Source: Bacteroidales bacterium (GTDB lineage Bacteria > Bacteroidota > Bacteroidia > Bacteroidales > VadinHA17). From it: 64,000 nucleotides of DNA. Both the position numbers and the translations under genes were made by a program. The DNA is taken from the NCBI GenBank assembly GCA_034522515.1, contig JAXHLF010000027.1:38886-102885 (forward strand), in the 5' to 3' direction. The notes beneath the pieces are model-generated. The model saw only the letters and a program-made list of their open reading frames with translations, ran no database searches and was not told where the DNA came from. The stretch's first letter is position 1. Each line of letters opens with the position of its first letter. This document shows, one piece after another, positions 19,084 through 30,338 of this stretch.

Positions 19084-21446
19084 GAAAGAGGAACGGAATT
19101 ATAATACCTGCCCTGTCACTGTTGATTGTGCTTGCCCTCTTCGCGGGCTGTGACAGGAGTGACAGGGAGGGGATACCTGTCTCATTCAATGACGGATGGA
19201 TGTTTATCAGGCAAGACTCTGCCATCTCTGACCAGATCCTCCCGGGTAACATCCCAAATCACAAATGGGAGGAGGTCACTCTTCCGCATTCGGCTTTTTT
19301 GGAGCCCCTTGTCGTATCAGGCAGCCAGTGGACCGGTATCTGCTGGTACAGGAAGCTTTACAGGGCTGACAGGAGTCATCGTCACCGTAACACCGGCCTG
19401 CTTTTTGACGGGGCGATGCATGACGCCATCATCTATCTGAACGGAGTCGAGATCGACCGGAACACCGGGGGTTATCTGCCGTTCTATGTCAGTCTGACCG
19501 ATGACCTTAATTACGGCAGGGAGAATGAGATTCTTGTCAGGCTCGACAACAGGGAGAATCCTTCGATACCTCCGGGCAGGCCGCTTGCGGAGCTCGATTT
19601 TCTGTATTACTCCGGCCTCTACCGCAACGTGAGCCTCTATGTGACAGACAAGCTGCACATCACTTCTCCGGTTGAGTCTCACGCCCTCCAGGGAGGGGGC
19701 ATAAACACCGGAGTGCGCGATCTGAGCCGCGATGCTGCCACTCTCACCGTATCAGTTCATGTGAGCAATGATGACCGCATTCCGCGTTCATTCCACATGA
19801 AGAATACACTGCTTGATGCTGCCGGCCTTGACGTCGCCTCATCGCGTTCCGAGCTCGTGGAGCTGGAACCCGGGCAGAGCAGGCGCCTGATGACAAAGAT
19901 GATCGTCATGCAACCTGCTCTCTGGTCCCCTTACAAGCCGTTCCTCTATACCCTGCAGACCGAGCTGCTGTCAGACAACGGCGTAATTGACAAAAGGGAG
20001 ACACGAACCGGCATAAGATCGGTGAGAATAACACCTGACAGGGGACTGGTACTGAACGGAGACCCTGTGACAATTACCGGTACAAACAGGCACCAGGAAT
20101 ATCCGTATATAGGATATGCCCTTTCCGACGAAGCCAGCTACCGTGATGCGGTCAAGATCAGGGAGGCGGGTTTCAATCTCGTCCGCTGTTCTCACTACCC
20201 GCCTTCCCCGGCATTTCTCGATGCCTGTGATGAGATCGGACTGATGGTTATCAATGCCATCCCCGGATGGCAGTTCATCGGTGATTCGCTCTTCAGGGAG
20301 GCCTCGGTGCGCAATACGCGCCAGATGTGCCGCCGTGACCGCAACCATCCCTCGGTAATAATGTGGGAATCGTCTCTTAATGAGACCATTATGCCATACA
20401 GTTTTCTCGCCCGCCTGCATGAGACAGTCAAGGAGGAGCTCCCCTATGGCAACAACTATACCTGCAGCTGGATGGATACCATTTGTGATGTCTTTATTCC
20501 TGCCAGGCAGCACGCCATTGCTCCAATGTACTGGAAGGGATACAGCAAGAGTAAACCTCTCTTTATCTGCGAGTACGGCGACTGGGAGTACTATGCAAAT
20601 AACGCAGGGTTCAACCAGACGGAGTTCAGTGACCTGGCTCCCGGGGAGAGGAACTCAAGGCAGCTGCGCGGTGCAGGAGACCGGCGGATGCTGCAGCAGG
20701 CATATAACTTCCAGGAAGCACATAATGACAACCTATACGGTCCCGCTTTCGGCGACGCCAACTGGCTTATGTTCGACTACAACAGGGGTTACGCTTCTGA
20801 TATTGAAGCCTCGGGTATAATGGATATCTTCAGGATTCCGAAGTTTTCCTACTGGTTCTACCGGAGCCAGACAGAAGTGGGCCCGGTTTGCTTCATAGCC
20901 CATCATAACCTCCCGTCATCAGGCAACACTGTGAGGGTATTCAGCAACGCCGACAGCGTGCAGCTTTTCCGCAATGACACTCTGATTGCCATCCGGGGAC
21001 CCGACAGTGACTCCGCATCAATAAACCTGAAACATCCTCCCTTTACCTTTACACTTCCAGGTTATGTGCCCGGCACCCTGAGAGCAGTCGGACTCAGAAA
21101 AGGAGCTGAGTTTATCACACACAGTGTCACCACTCCCGGGCCTCCGGCAGCACTTCGCCTCTTTGCCGACTTCAGCAACAAGCCGCTGAAGGCCGGCGGA
21201 TCGGATGTTGTATTTATCTATGCCACCCTCGTTGACTCGCTCGGCAATCCGGTCCATAATGCCGACTCGCTGGTAGAATTCTCGGTAAGGGGAAATGGAG
21301 AGCTGATTGGTCATAACCCCGCCAGAGCCGAAGCCGGAGTGGCTTCAATTCTGCTCAGGGCCGGCGCCAAACCCGGGAAGATCATGATCAGAGCCCGCTC
21401 GGGAGAGATGGCTGAGGCTGAGATAATGACAGAATCAAGGAAATGA
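19080..21446 (+). CDS. GH2 glycoside hydrolase (beta-galactosidase-like) lipoprotein
   Basis: FAGC lipobox, GTNRHQEYP, R.SHYP, RDRNHPSVIMWE.SLNE. Confidence 0.88.
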   Translation: MRKRNGIIIPALSLLIVLALFAGCDRSDREGIPVSFNDGWMFIRQDSAISDQILPGNIPNHKWEEVTLPHSAFLEPLVVSGSQWTGICWYRKLYRADRSHRHRNTGLLFDGAMHDAIIYLNGVEIDRNTGGYLPFYVSLTDDLNYGRENEILVRLDNRENPSIPPGRPLAELDFLYYSGLYRNVSLYVTDKLHITSPVESHALQGGGINTGVRDLSRDAATLTVSVHVSNDDRIPRSFHMKNTLLDAAGLDVASSRSELVELEPGQSRRLMTKMIVMQPALWSPYKPFLYTLQTELLSDNGVIDKRETRTGIRSVRITPDRGLVLNGDPVTITGTNRHQEYPYIGYALSDEASYRDAVKIREAGFNLVRCSHYPPSPAFLDACDEIGLMVINAIPGWQFIGDSLFREASVRNTRQMCRRDRNHPSVIMWESSLNETIMPYSFLARLHETVKEELPYGNNYTCSWMDTICDVFIPARQHAIAPMYWKGYSKSKPLFICEYGDWEYYANNAGFNQTEFSDLAPGERNSRQLRGAGDRRMLQQAYNFQEAHNDNLYGPAFGDANWLMFDYNRGYASDIEASGIMDIFRIPKFSYWFYRSQTEVGPVCFIAHHNLPSSGNTVRVFSNADSVQLFRNDTLIAIRGPDSDSASINLKHPPFTFTLPGYVPGTLRAVGLRKGAEFITHSVTTPGPPAALRLFADFSNKPLKAGGSDVVFIYATLVDSLGNPVHNADSLVEFSVRGNGELIGHNPARAEAGVASILLRAGAKPGKIMIRARSGEMAEAEIMTESRK

Positions 21447-21467
21447 AGCCGAAGCAGTTCCGGCTGC

Positions 21468-22990
21468 TCAGAATCTGAAGTAGATGAACGGCTGCACAAC
21501 ATCCGTCCCCACCTTGTGGAGCAGGAGCACCACACCTATTGCAATCAGGAACTTGACTGCCAGCGGGAGCCTGATGAAGAGACCCCTGTATGCCTCCTTT
21601 GTGGTTACCGGAAGAAAATGAAGGATGTATCCTGATACAATCAGTACTATCACCGGCAGGTAGGCCATGATGACCATGCCGTAGTCACCCGGCGTGAATG
21701 ATGTAAAGATCTGTGTCAGCATCATCCCTGCCTCCTCCATGGTTCCCGCCCGGAAGAATATCCATGCGAAGCTGACGAAGTTGAAGGTGAGTATGATACC
21801 TGCTATGCGTGCTGCGCGAGTTTTTCTCCGTACACCCCTGAAGAGCCATTGCCATATCCTGTCTGCCACGAGAGCCGCTCCGTGCAACCCTCCCCATATC
21901 ACAAACCGCATAGCGGCGCCATGCCACAACCCCCCGAGCAGCATGGTGATCATCAGGTTGATGCCCGTACGCACAGGACCCTTCCTGTTGCCCCCGAGCG
22001 GGATATAGAGATAATCCTTGAGCCACCTCGAGAGGGATATATGCCACCGCTTCCAGAAATCGCCGATATTGGCAGCCTTGTATGGTGAGTTGAAATTGAG
22101 GGGAAGCCTGAATCCCATCAGCATCGCGACGCCGATGGCTATGTCGGTGTATCCCGAGAAGTCGCAGTAGATCTGAAGTCCATATCCGTAAACGGCCATG
22201 AGGTTTTCAAAACCCGAAAAGAGCGCCGGAGTCTCAAACACCCTGTCGATGAACCCCGCAGAGATGAAGTCCGAAATCAGCATCTTCTTTACCAGACCCT
22301 GAAGTATGAGGAACACCCCGTACCCGAATTCGTTGCGGCTGATCGTATACTCTCCCCTCATCTGGGGTATGAATTCGGAGGCTCTGACGATGGGGCCGGC
22401 AACAAGCTGGGGAAAGAAGGTCAGGTAAAAGGCAAAGTCGACGAAGTTCCTTTCCGGCGCCATACGTCCGCGAAAGACGTCGATACTGTAACTCAGTGCC
22501 TGAAAGGTGAAGAACGATATCCCTACCGGCAGCACAATGGTGTTGACATTAAATGAGGTACCGAAGAGGCTGTTAGACCACGCTGAAAAGATGTCATGAA
22601 GCAACAAATGCCGTATTAAAGAGTGAGTTTAGCGATTCGGTAATGAATCCCGCGTACTTGAAGTATGAGAGGAAGCCAAGGAGCAGTACAACATTGGTCA
22701 CCAGCCAGAATCTCTTCCCGGATTTGCGCTCACTCTTGCCGGTCATCAGGGCCGTCAGGTAGGTCAGGAGAGTGGTAAGCAGCAGCAGGATTATGAACAG
22801 GCCTCCCACCCGGTAGTAGAAATAAAGGCTTACCAGCATGAGCCATGTATGGCACATCGCTCTCTTCCTGTGCATAAGGGCAAAGCCGGCCATCACAACC
22901 AGGAAGAATATCCAGAAGCCCGTTGTGGTGAAAATGAATGTCTGGAGCGGGTGGTACTTCAGCAGATAGAGGAGCCAGCCGCCTCCCTCA
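21468..22990 (-). CDS. MBOAT O-acyltransferase (AlgI/PatA/DltB-like), apparent frameshift near 22600; probably fused to the upstream SGNH domain
   Basis: FKY, LPVGISFFTFQ, FFPQLVAGPI.RA, DFSGYTD, FW.RWHISLS.WL.DYLYIPLGGNR, GGLWHG, FIYFRF. Confidence 0.9.
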
Positions 22991-24525
22991 TCCTCTCAGG
23001 CTCCGCCATGGTAACACCCTCATCGTCGCCCATGGTGCTCTTCTGTAAAGAGGAGGCGCTGCTGTCTGTGGCCGGTGACTCTGCTGTAGCCGCACCGTGG
23101 AAAATGGTATCAGCGGTATCGGCGGTCTGGTCAGCAGCCACGGCTGCCTCTGCGCGGGCAATCAGAAGCTCAGAGTAAATCCTTGCGGCTAATGTGTCTG
23201 CCCCGGCATTGGAGAGATGGGTGAGGTCACGGGAGGCCAGTGCCGGCATCTGTTGAAACCATTTAATGATCGAGCCGCGTCCGCCCATAGACTCCCAGGC
23301 ATCCCAGAATATGGCACCACTCCTGGCGGCGGCCTTCATCTGCGCATCCCTGATGGTCCTGATGTTAGGGAAGTATCTTATGGAGTCATTTACCCTCAGA
23401 GCCATATCCGTCACACTCACCAGCACCCACCGGAACGCCCCCGGAGGCTTGCTTCAGGTATTCGATCTGCTTGACCAGGCCCTCCTCATAGTAGTGATAC
23501 TCGCTTCTAACATTCCTGACCACATTAAGGCCGAACTGCAGAAAGATTATATCCGGCTTAAGCTTAGCCAGGCATCCTTCAATACCCTTGATGTCAGTCA
23601 TCACAAACTCAAGTCCGGCGCTTCCGCGTACAGGGACATTGTCAATGATCACTCCGGCATCGCTCTCCAGGCTCAGGCCATAGATATCAGGGGAGTTGCG
23701 GCCGGTAAATTCAACGGTGATATCGGATATTGAAGGAAGAGGCACAGCGTACTCCAGTGGCCCTTCGCCCATCTGAAGCATCGCGAAATCTACCAGTTTG
23801 CTGCCTGATCTGATACCGACAAGTATGGTATCGAAATTGTTCCCGTAAAATATCCTCAGCCTCTCGTATTTTGATACGGAGGCATCGGCACCGGGGACCG
23901 GGTTGATCTTTACCGAGGCAAAAGAGCGTGCTTCAAGGGTATCGGCAGGAGGGGTGAAGCGGGAAATGGCAAGCATCGGACCCATCCTGTTATGGGGAAT
24001 CGAGCCTTTCCTGTAATCAAGCAGCGTATACCTCTTCCAGTTTGATGACGACCTGACGACGTAGGAGCGTGTATACATCACCGGCATGACCGGAGAGATA
24101 AGCCCCGGGCCTGTCCCGCCTCCCTCTTCTCTCAGCTGCTTCCTCAGCAATGAAGTGACACGGTCGCCCTCAACCTGGGAGTCGCCGTAATAAAGTATCC
24201 TCACCTGCCGGCCTTTTGCAAGCGAGTCCCTCAGAGCGTCACCCGGATAATAGGGAGCCGCTGCAACTGCGACGGTCAGATCCGTGGCCGTAACAGCCGG
24301 CAGGCTGTCATGCGCGGCAGGATCAGCCCGCGACGTTTCATTTACTGCATTGTCACTGTAGAGTTCATCATGAGTGACCGTATCATGTGCAAGGAGATCA
24401 CCGGATGATTCATGAAACAACATGCCCCCACCCCACCTCTGATTAGTGATCGCGAGACTCAGAACAAATAGCGTCAGAACGACGGCAAGCAGAAAAAGCA
24501 GGATTCTGCCGGGGCGCATATTCAA
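22959..24525 (-). CDS. SGNH/GDSL acyltransferase-esterase domain (PatB/AlgJ-like role), apparent frameshift near 23420
   Basis: N-terminal TM anchor, YGDSQ.EGD, FGLN, MGG..S, DLTH (DxxH). Confidence 0.8.
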
Positions 24526-24532
24526 TTATTAA

Positions 24533-26098
24533 TCAGCTTTTCTTCCTGATCCTCAGCTTCTGACCCACCTGTATCCTGGAAGCATCGGAAATATTATTCA
24601 GTTTCAATATGTCAGTGGCGGTTACACCGTCAAACTTCTTTGCGATGTCCCATACAGTGTCACCGGTTCTGACGGTATAAAATTCAAATTCCCCGTCATA
24701 AGAAGAGGAAACAGATGTGGCTGCGGCAGGTGTTACTGAGACTCCTGTGGCTGCAGCTGTGACCTTCCCCTCCAACTTCTGCTTTTCGGTGAAGCTCATT
24801 GAATTGACCTTGCTGTAACGGTCAGCTTTGGCCGGATCGACATAAACGGTTAGCTTCTGTCCTATCCTTATCGTATTGCGGTAAATATTGTTCCAGTACC
24901 TCAGGTCCGAGAGGCTCACGTCATACCATTCGGAAATGTAACCAAGGTTATCGCCGTCCTTTACCACATATGTCAGGGCTGTCCTTCCCTTCACCTCGGG
25001 CGGGCTATAGGCCGACTGGGTGGTTGCGGTGGTCTGGTTGACCCTGGTGAGGTACTGCTCTTTCCGGTAGCCGGTGATGGTATCAGTCATGGTTATGAAA
25101 TCTCCCAGCTTGTCAACCGGAAGGGTGATGGCACTGGGTCTGCTCCTCCCGGGAACCAGTCCGGTGCGGTACTGTGGATTCATGGCCCTGATCTCTTCCA
25201 GGGGCAGATCGAGCACGGCCGCAATCTGCTCAAGATGTATGTCCTGCGAGACCATCACCGTGTCTATCGCCAGGGGCAGGTTGATCTGCACCGGGGTGAT
25301 ATTGTGCTCGCGGTAATAGTTCATTGCGTAGGTAGCAGCCACATATGCTGGAATATAACCGCGGGTCTCACGGGGCAGACGGTAGTAAATCTCCCAGTAA
25401 TCCTTGCGGTTGTCTGACCGGCGTATCGCCTTGTTGACGTTTCCCGGGCCGCAGTTATAGGCGGCAATCACCAGTATCCAGTCGTTGTAGATGCCATAGA
25501 GGTCTTTCAGGAACCTGGCGGCTGCATGTGTGGCCTTCACCGGGTCACGGCGCTCATCTACGACCGAGTTGATCGTAAGACCGTACATGCGGCCCGTGCT
25601 GTACATAAACTGCCAGAGTCCAGTAGCCCCTACCCGGCTTACTGCGTTGGGATTGAGGGCAGATTCGATGACGGCCATATATTTCAGCTCTACAGGCAGT
25701 CCATAGAAGTCAAAAATATCCTCTATCATCGGGAAATAGTAATCCTGCAGCCCGAGCATGACCTGGAACCTGTCAACTTTTCGCTCAGTATATACGTGGA
25801 TATAATTTCTTATGATATTGTTGTACGGGAGGAGTATGACGGAATTGATCCTGCCGATCCGGTCCTTATATACAGAGTCGGAGGACTCTCCTATGATTGA
25901 GTCGGCCGGTGAAATGTCGGTCATGGCAACTGACATCTGTATGAACCAGTTATTCAGCAGACTGTCCAGATCGCGCTCAATATGTTCGGTGGAATCGTCA
26001 TTTTTTATTATGATGGTATCATTGACTGCAGAAACGGAAAGCGGTAAAAGGGTAATAATAAGCGGCAGGATTATTTTTTTCAGATTCATCTTCATCAT
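24533..26098 (-). CDS. mltD: Lytic murein transglycosylase D-like (SLT + LysM domains)
   Basis: IES.LNP.AVS..GA.GLWQFM, DERRDP, AAYNCG.GNV, LP.ETR.Y, two clear LysM repeats. Confidence 0.88.
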   Translation of the reverse strand: MMKMNLKKIILPLIITLLPLSVSAVNDTIIIKNDDSTEHIERDLDSLLNNWFIQMSVAMTDISPADSIIGESSDSVYKDRIGRINSVILLPYNNIIRNYIHVYTERKVDRFQVMLGLQDYYFPMIEDIFDFYGLPVELKYMAVIESALNPNAVSRVGATGLWQFMYSTGRMYGLTINSVVDERRDPVKATHAAARFLKDLYGIYNDWILVIAAYNCGPGNVNKAIRRSDNRKDYWEIYYRLPRETRGYIPAYVAATYAMNYYREHNITPVQINLPLAIDTVMVSQDIHLEQIAAVLDLPLEEIRAMNPQYRTGLVPGRSRPSAITLPVDKLGDFITMTDTITGYRKEQYLTRVNQTTATTQSAYSPPEVKGRTALTYVVKDGDNLGYISEWYDVSLSDLRYWNNIYRNTIRIGQKLTVYVDPAKADRYSKVNSMSFTEKQKLEGKVTAAATGVSVTPAAATSVSSSYDGEFEFYTVRTGDTVWDIAKKFDGVTATDILKLNNISDASRIQVGQKLRIRKKS

Positions 26099-26101
26099 TT
26101 T

Positions 26102-26731
26102 TTAGAAATTCTTTGTGATGGAAACCACTATTCCGGGCGTAATGCCTGCATAGGTTGCGGTAACAGGGATTACTGACGCTTTCAGGTCATCACTGATATC
26201 GTAATCAAAGAGGCTGCCGTCAACGTGGGCATCGAGGATGGTTAACAGGTACCACGCCGCTATGCCTATATAGGACAGGTCGCGGTATCTGCGATAGTAA
26301 TCTACGCCGTTAAGCAGGGATGTCTTCACCCACGCCTCGTCTGACGGGTTGTATGTCTCGGGATAGAGGACGGGGTCATAAGATGAGGGATCCTGATTAA
26401 CCAGCAGATCCAGGTAACTGTCGGTCTCTGGTATAATGTCCGTGAAATCCTGATATGCGGTAATCAATGTGTTGTAGTTCTGCGTGTTGAAGGTGACGGC
26501 ATAACCCAGAGCTCCAAACCCGGCATAGACAATCGGCACTTTCCAGTACTTGCGGTTGTATATCTGTCCCAGTCCGGGAAGGGCAGCAGCATACATGGTC
26601 GATCTGACAGGCTCAATAGAAAACCTTCTGACCCTCTCTTTTCTGGCGGGAATGGTGTCCTGGGCCTGTGTGCCGCAGGTCATTACCGATGATAAAAAAA
26701 AGAAGAATGCTATTTTGCCGAACAGCTCCAA
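26102..26731 (-). CDS. DUF5683-like membrane protein
   Basis: PGLGQIYNRKYWK.PIVY, DA.VD..LFDYDIS; typical position after parB in Bacteroidota. Confidence 0.78.
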   Translation of the reverse strand: MELFGKIAFFFFLSSVMTCGTQAQDTIPARKERVRRFSIEPVRSTMYAAALPGLGQIYNRKYWKVPIVYAGFGALGYAVTFNTQNYNTLITAYQDFTDIIPETDSYLDLLVNQDPSSYDPVLYPETYNPSDEAWVKTSLLNGVDYYRRYRDLSYIGIAAWYLLTILDAHVDGSLFDYDISDDLKASVIPVTATYAGITPGIVVSITKNF

Positions 26732-26769
26732 AGGGCAAACCTTTTACGTTTGCCGGCAAATATAACTAT

Positions 26770-27657
26770 TTACCTGTTAAGTTTATCGAGCAATGCGATT
26801 ATGCGTTCCATCTCATCGCTGTCACCGAAGGGGATGACTATTTTGCCCCGGCCCTTTTCATTGATACGGAACTGCACCTCCGACCGGAAGAGGGTACTTA
26901 GCTGTCGTGACAGCTCCTCGTACTCGGTGCTGAGCCTCTTTCTTTTCTCGACCTTGACCGGGTCTCTTGATGATCCGCCCTGGAGGTGGCGTACCAGCTC
27001 CTCCGTAGCCCTTACGGAGAGGTCTTCCTGTATGATATGATAGAAGACGTTTATCTGTTTGCCAGGGTCTTCGATATTGACAAGGGTCCGCGCATGACCC
27101 ATGGAGAGATTCCTGTTGCGTATACCCAGCTGTATCTCCGCGGGAAGCCTCAGAAGGCGCATGTAGTTTGCGACCGTTGAGCGCTGCTTGCCCACCCTGT
27201 CGCTGAGCTGCTCCTGGGTGAGGCTGCACTCTTCAATGAGACGCTGATAGGTGATTGCCACCTCGATGGCATCAAGATCCTCCCTCTGGATATTCTCTAC
27301 GAGGGCCATCTCAAGCATCGCAGTGTCATCGGCAGTGCGGATATATGCCGGAACGTGTGTCAGACCGGCCATGCGGGCGGCACGCAGTCTGCGTTCACCG
27401 GCGATGAGCTGGTAACGGCCTTCACCTGTCTCCCTGACGGTGAGGGGGACCACTATCCCCACCTGGCGTATGGAGGCTGCGAGCTCTTCAAGCGACTGGC
27501 TGTCAAAGCGTGTGCGCGGCTGAAAAGGGTTGCCGTCAATGGAGTTGATATCAATCTGGAGGTTTGCCTCAACCTTTTTCTCCAAAACCTCTTTCTCAAC
27601 ACCTTCAATCAGGGCGCCGAGGCCTCTGCCCAGGGGGCTCTTTCTGGCTGTGTTCAT
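26770..27657 (-). CDS. parB: Chromosome partitioning protein ParB
   Basis: LGRGLGAL, NP.QPR, IAGERRLRA, ENIQREDL, HTH. Confidence 0.95.
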   Translation of the reverse strand: MNTARKSPLGRGLGALIEGVEKEVLEKKVEANLQIDINSIDGNPFQPRTRFDSQSLEELAASIRQVGIVVPLTVRETGEGRYQLIAGERRLRAARMAGLTHVPAYIRTADDTAMLEMALVENIQREDLDAIEVAITYQRLIEECSLTQEQLSDRVGKQRSTVANYMRLLRLPAEIQLGIRNRNLSMGHARTLVNIEDPGKQINVFYHIIQEDLSVRATEELVRHLQGGSSRDPVKVEKRKRLSTEYEELSRQLSTLFRSEVQFRINEKGRGKIVIPFGDSDEMERIIALLDKLNR

Positions 27658-27673
27658 AACGCGGATAAACGTA

Positions 27674-28490
27674 TTATTGGTTCTTCTGCCTGGCCTCTAC
27701 CCTGTCGAGCAACTCGCGGGCCAGGCTGAGATAATTGACCGTACCCCGTGATTCTGCATCGTAGAGTATGGCGGGCTGCCCGTAACTGGGAGCCTCTGAC
27801 AGCTTTACATTGCGCTGTATGATAGTATTGAAGACCATCTGCTGGAAATGACGCGTGACCTCATCCACCACCTGGTTTGCAAGACGGAGACGCGAGTCAT
27901 ACATCGTCAGAAGAAAACCTTCGATCTCGAGGACCGGGTTAAGGTTGGTCTGAATGATCTTGATGGTATTGAGCAGCTTGCCGAGCCCCTCCAGCGCAAA
28001 ATACTCGCACTGTACAGGTATAATTACCGAATCGGCGGCAGTGAGTGCATTGACGGTCAGCAACCCGAGCGACGGAGAGCAGTCGATGAATATAATCGTA
28101 GTCGGGGGAGATCACCGCCAGAACCTTCTTAAGGGTCTTCTCCCTCTCAGGCCTCTCAAGCATCTCTATCTCGGCTCCCACCAGGTCTATATTTGAAGGG
28201 ATGACCGACAGGTTATCGATGCCGCATGCCATTACCGCCTCGCGGGGGCTTACCCCGTCAATCAGGCAGTCATATATGGTGACCTTCACCTGCTTGCTGT
28301 CAATGCCCACACCTGATGTGGCGTTCGACTGCGGGTCGGCATCAACAATAAGTACCTTCTTTTCAAGCGCTGCCAGGCTTGCGGCCAGGATTGCATTGCC
28401 TTCTGTGCGTTCTTTCCCCCCCCCGCCCCCCGTAGCATCGTCTTTCCTACCCCTCCCCTTCTGATTTGCCAGTGCTATTATCCTTGACAT
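27674..28490 (-). CDS. parA: ParA/Soj ATPase; Walker A region garbled and frameshift near 28085
   Basis: [42 protein letters not shown]. Confidence 0.92.
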
Positions 28491-28631
28491 ATGATCCCTT
28501 TATTCCTTAAATTAATGAGCTTCAAATTTACTACTAATGGCTATCACGGGAAGCAGGCCATGCATGTTCTTGTAAACATTTGATCCGGGTTTATTAACAC
28601 GTTTTCAACAGGGAGAACTCCGCAAAAGCAC

Positions 28632-29746
28632 TCAATTGCGGGTAAGCGGAGAGACTGTGATCTCATAGAGCCTGGGCCAGTATTTGCCGGTGACGAAGAG
28701 GCGTCTGTTACCTGCATCCCAGGCGATGCCGTTAAGCACGTCGGTCTCCTGTGAGCGCTCCTCACGGGGCAGCAGGTTATTGAGTTCGACATACCCCATC
28801 ACCTTGCCTGACAGCGGATCAATGCGTGCTATCCTGTCGGTCTGCCATATGTTTGCCCAGAGCTCCCCGTCAATCATCTCAAGCTCGTTCAGGTTATCCA
28901 CCATCCCCTTATTGTCCCATACTTCAACCGAAGAGAGGACATTGAACTCCGGGTCGAGAAACCATATCACATTGGTTCCGTCACTCATCACCAGGCTGTC
29001 GCCCATGGTAGTCAGCCCCCATCCCTGGGTCTGGTAATATATCCTGCTGACCTGTTTCAGGGTCGATTTGTCATAAACAAAGCCCACTTTGGTTGTCCAT
29101 GTAAGCTGATAGATGCGGTCACCGAGCAGTGCCACTCCCTCACCGAAGAGAGAGCCGTCGAGATTGACCTGGCTCACCACCTTCCCTGTCCCGGCCTCCA
29201 CTTTCCTCAGTGATGATTCGCCCTGCTGCCCTGTGCCCTCATAGAAGAAGCCGCTGTCATAAACCAGTCCCTGCGTATAGGCCCGCCTGTCATGCGGATA
29301 GCTCATGACAACGCGGTAACGGTAAGTCACCGGGGTGATATCTGACAGCAGAGTGACGAAGAGTGTCACGGTCTGAGGTTTTGACATTGATGAGTATGCC
29401 ACCGCCCTCAAGGGGTGCTCGATCCTGCCGGAACGCCTGCCGGGTCAATCTCTGCCGCAGCTGGAAGCGTAAAGAGAGTCGTCCTCAGGGTGCCGCCGAC
29501 CCATAGCTGTACGGAATCAACCCTGGTCTGACCTGCCGCCTGTGCAACGGAAAAGACTATCCTGTCAGCGCATGACAACATTGAGTTATCGGCAGGGGCA
29601 AGCACTTCAATAAGCCGCTTCGACGGACGGGTGTCACCCGTGGCATCATCCCCGGCACTGACGGCACTCTTCTCATTTCCCTTGCCCGGGGAGCCGGAGC
29701 AGGAGATCATTGAAATAATCACCAGAAGGAAAAGGAAGACCGGCAT
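28632..29746 (-). CDS. Glutaminyl-peptide cyclotransferase (bacterial/plant beta-propeller type), lipoprotein, apparent frameshift near 29410
   Basis: YPHD..AYTQGL, EGTG..G.S, FGEG, QLTW, GWGLT, SDG, LNELE, VLNGIA, VTGK.W; ISC lipobox. Confidence 0.88.
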
Positions 29747-29841
29747 TTGCGACTGCGTCCGCCGACTGCCGAATTCCGGTGCTGCTTCCGCCAGCTGGCG
29801 GATTGGCGATATGACTGGTAAACTGCTTCATCGGACGAAAA

Positions 29842-30267
29842 TTACTTTTTCCCGAACAGGCTGAAACGCCGCGTCTTTATCGCCCGCATTGCCTGCTCTT
29901 CTCTCTCCGACCACGGATCGATCATGTTCAGTACCTCTCCCCAGCCCGGAAAACCTCCCACATTCTTGTCGTCAATGAAAATGTCGACATTTACTTTGCG
30001 TGGCGTATCTTCCGTCCACAGCTCCTCCGGGTAGTTTTTGTTAACGGCATAGAACTCAATGCCGTTTTGCATGCAGTAGTCGACCGCCTCATTCAGCTCC
30101 CTGCCGGTGCGGAATGTCCGATGCAGGATGAGCAGCGCACCTCTCTTCTGAAGCTCTTTCAGGGTGATGAAGGCAAAAAGCATCTCCTTGCCGATGGCCG
30201 GGTACTCGTGCTCAACTATGGTACCGTCAAAGTCAACCGCTATCTTTATATTTGTCAGATCCCTCAT
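29842..30267 (-). CDS. Small HAD-superfamily phosphatase-like protein
   Basis: IAVDFDGTIVEH.YP.IG, FYAVN.NYPEE, FIDDKN.GG. Confidence 0.82.
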   Translation of the reverse strand: MRDLTNIKIAVDFDGTIVEHEYPAIGKEMLFAFITLKELQKRGALLILHRTFRTGRELNEAVDYCMQNGIEFYAVNKNYPEELWTEDTPRKVNVDIFIDDKNVGGFPGWGEVLNMIDPWSEREEQAMRAIKTRRFSLFGKK

Positions 30268-30338
30268 AATCCAGATGCAAAAATAAACAAATATAGTTGT
30301 CCGGAATATTGTAATTTTACTCCACCCCACAAAGAGTC

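Noticed and set aside
28390-28462. Novel ParA Walker A variant ([21 protein letters not shown])
   Set aside because: Looks like a garbled, duplicated KGGVGKTT within G-runs; a consensus artefact is far more likely.
26770-28630. parS site near parAB
   Set aside because: No 16-bp TGTTNCACGTGNAACA match found; TGTTCTTGTAAACA at 28565 is too short and mismatched.
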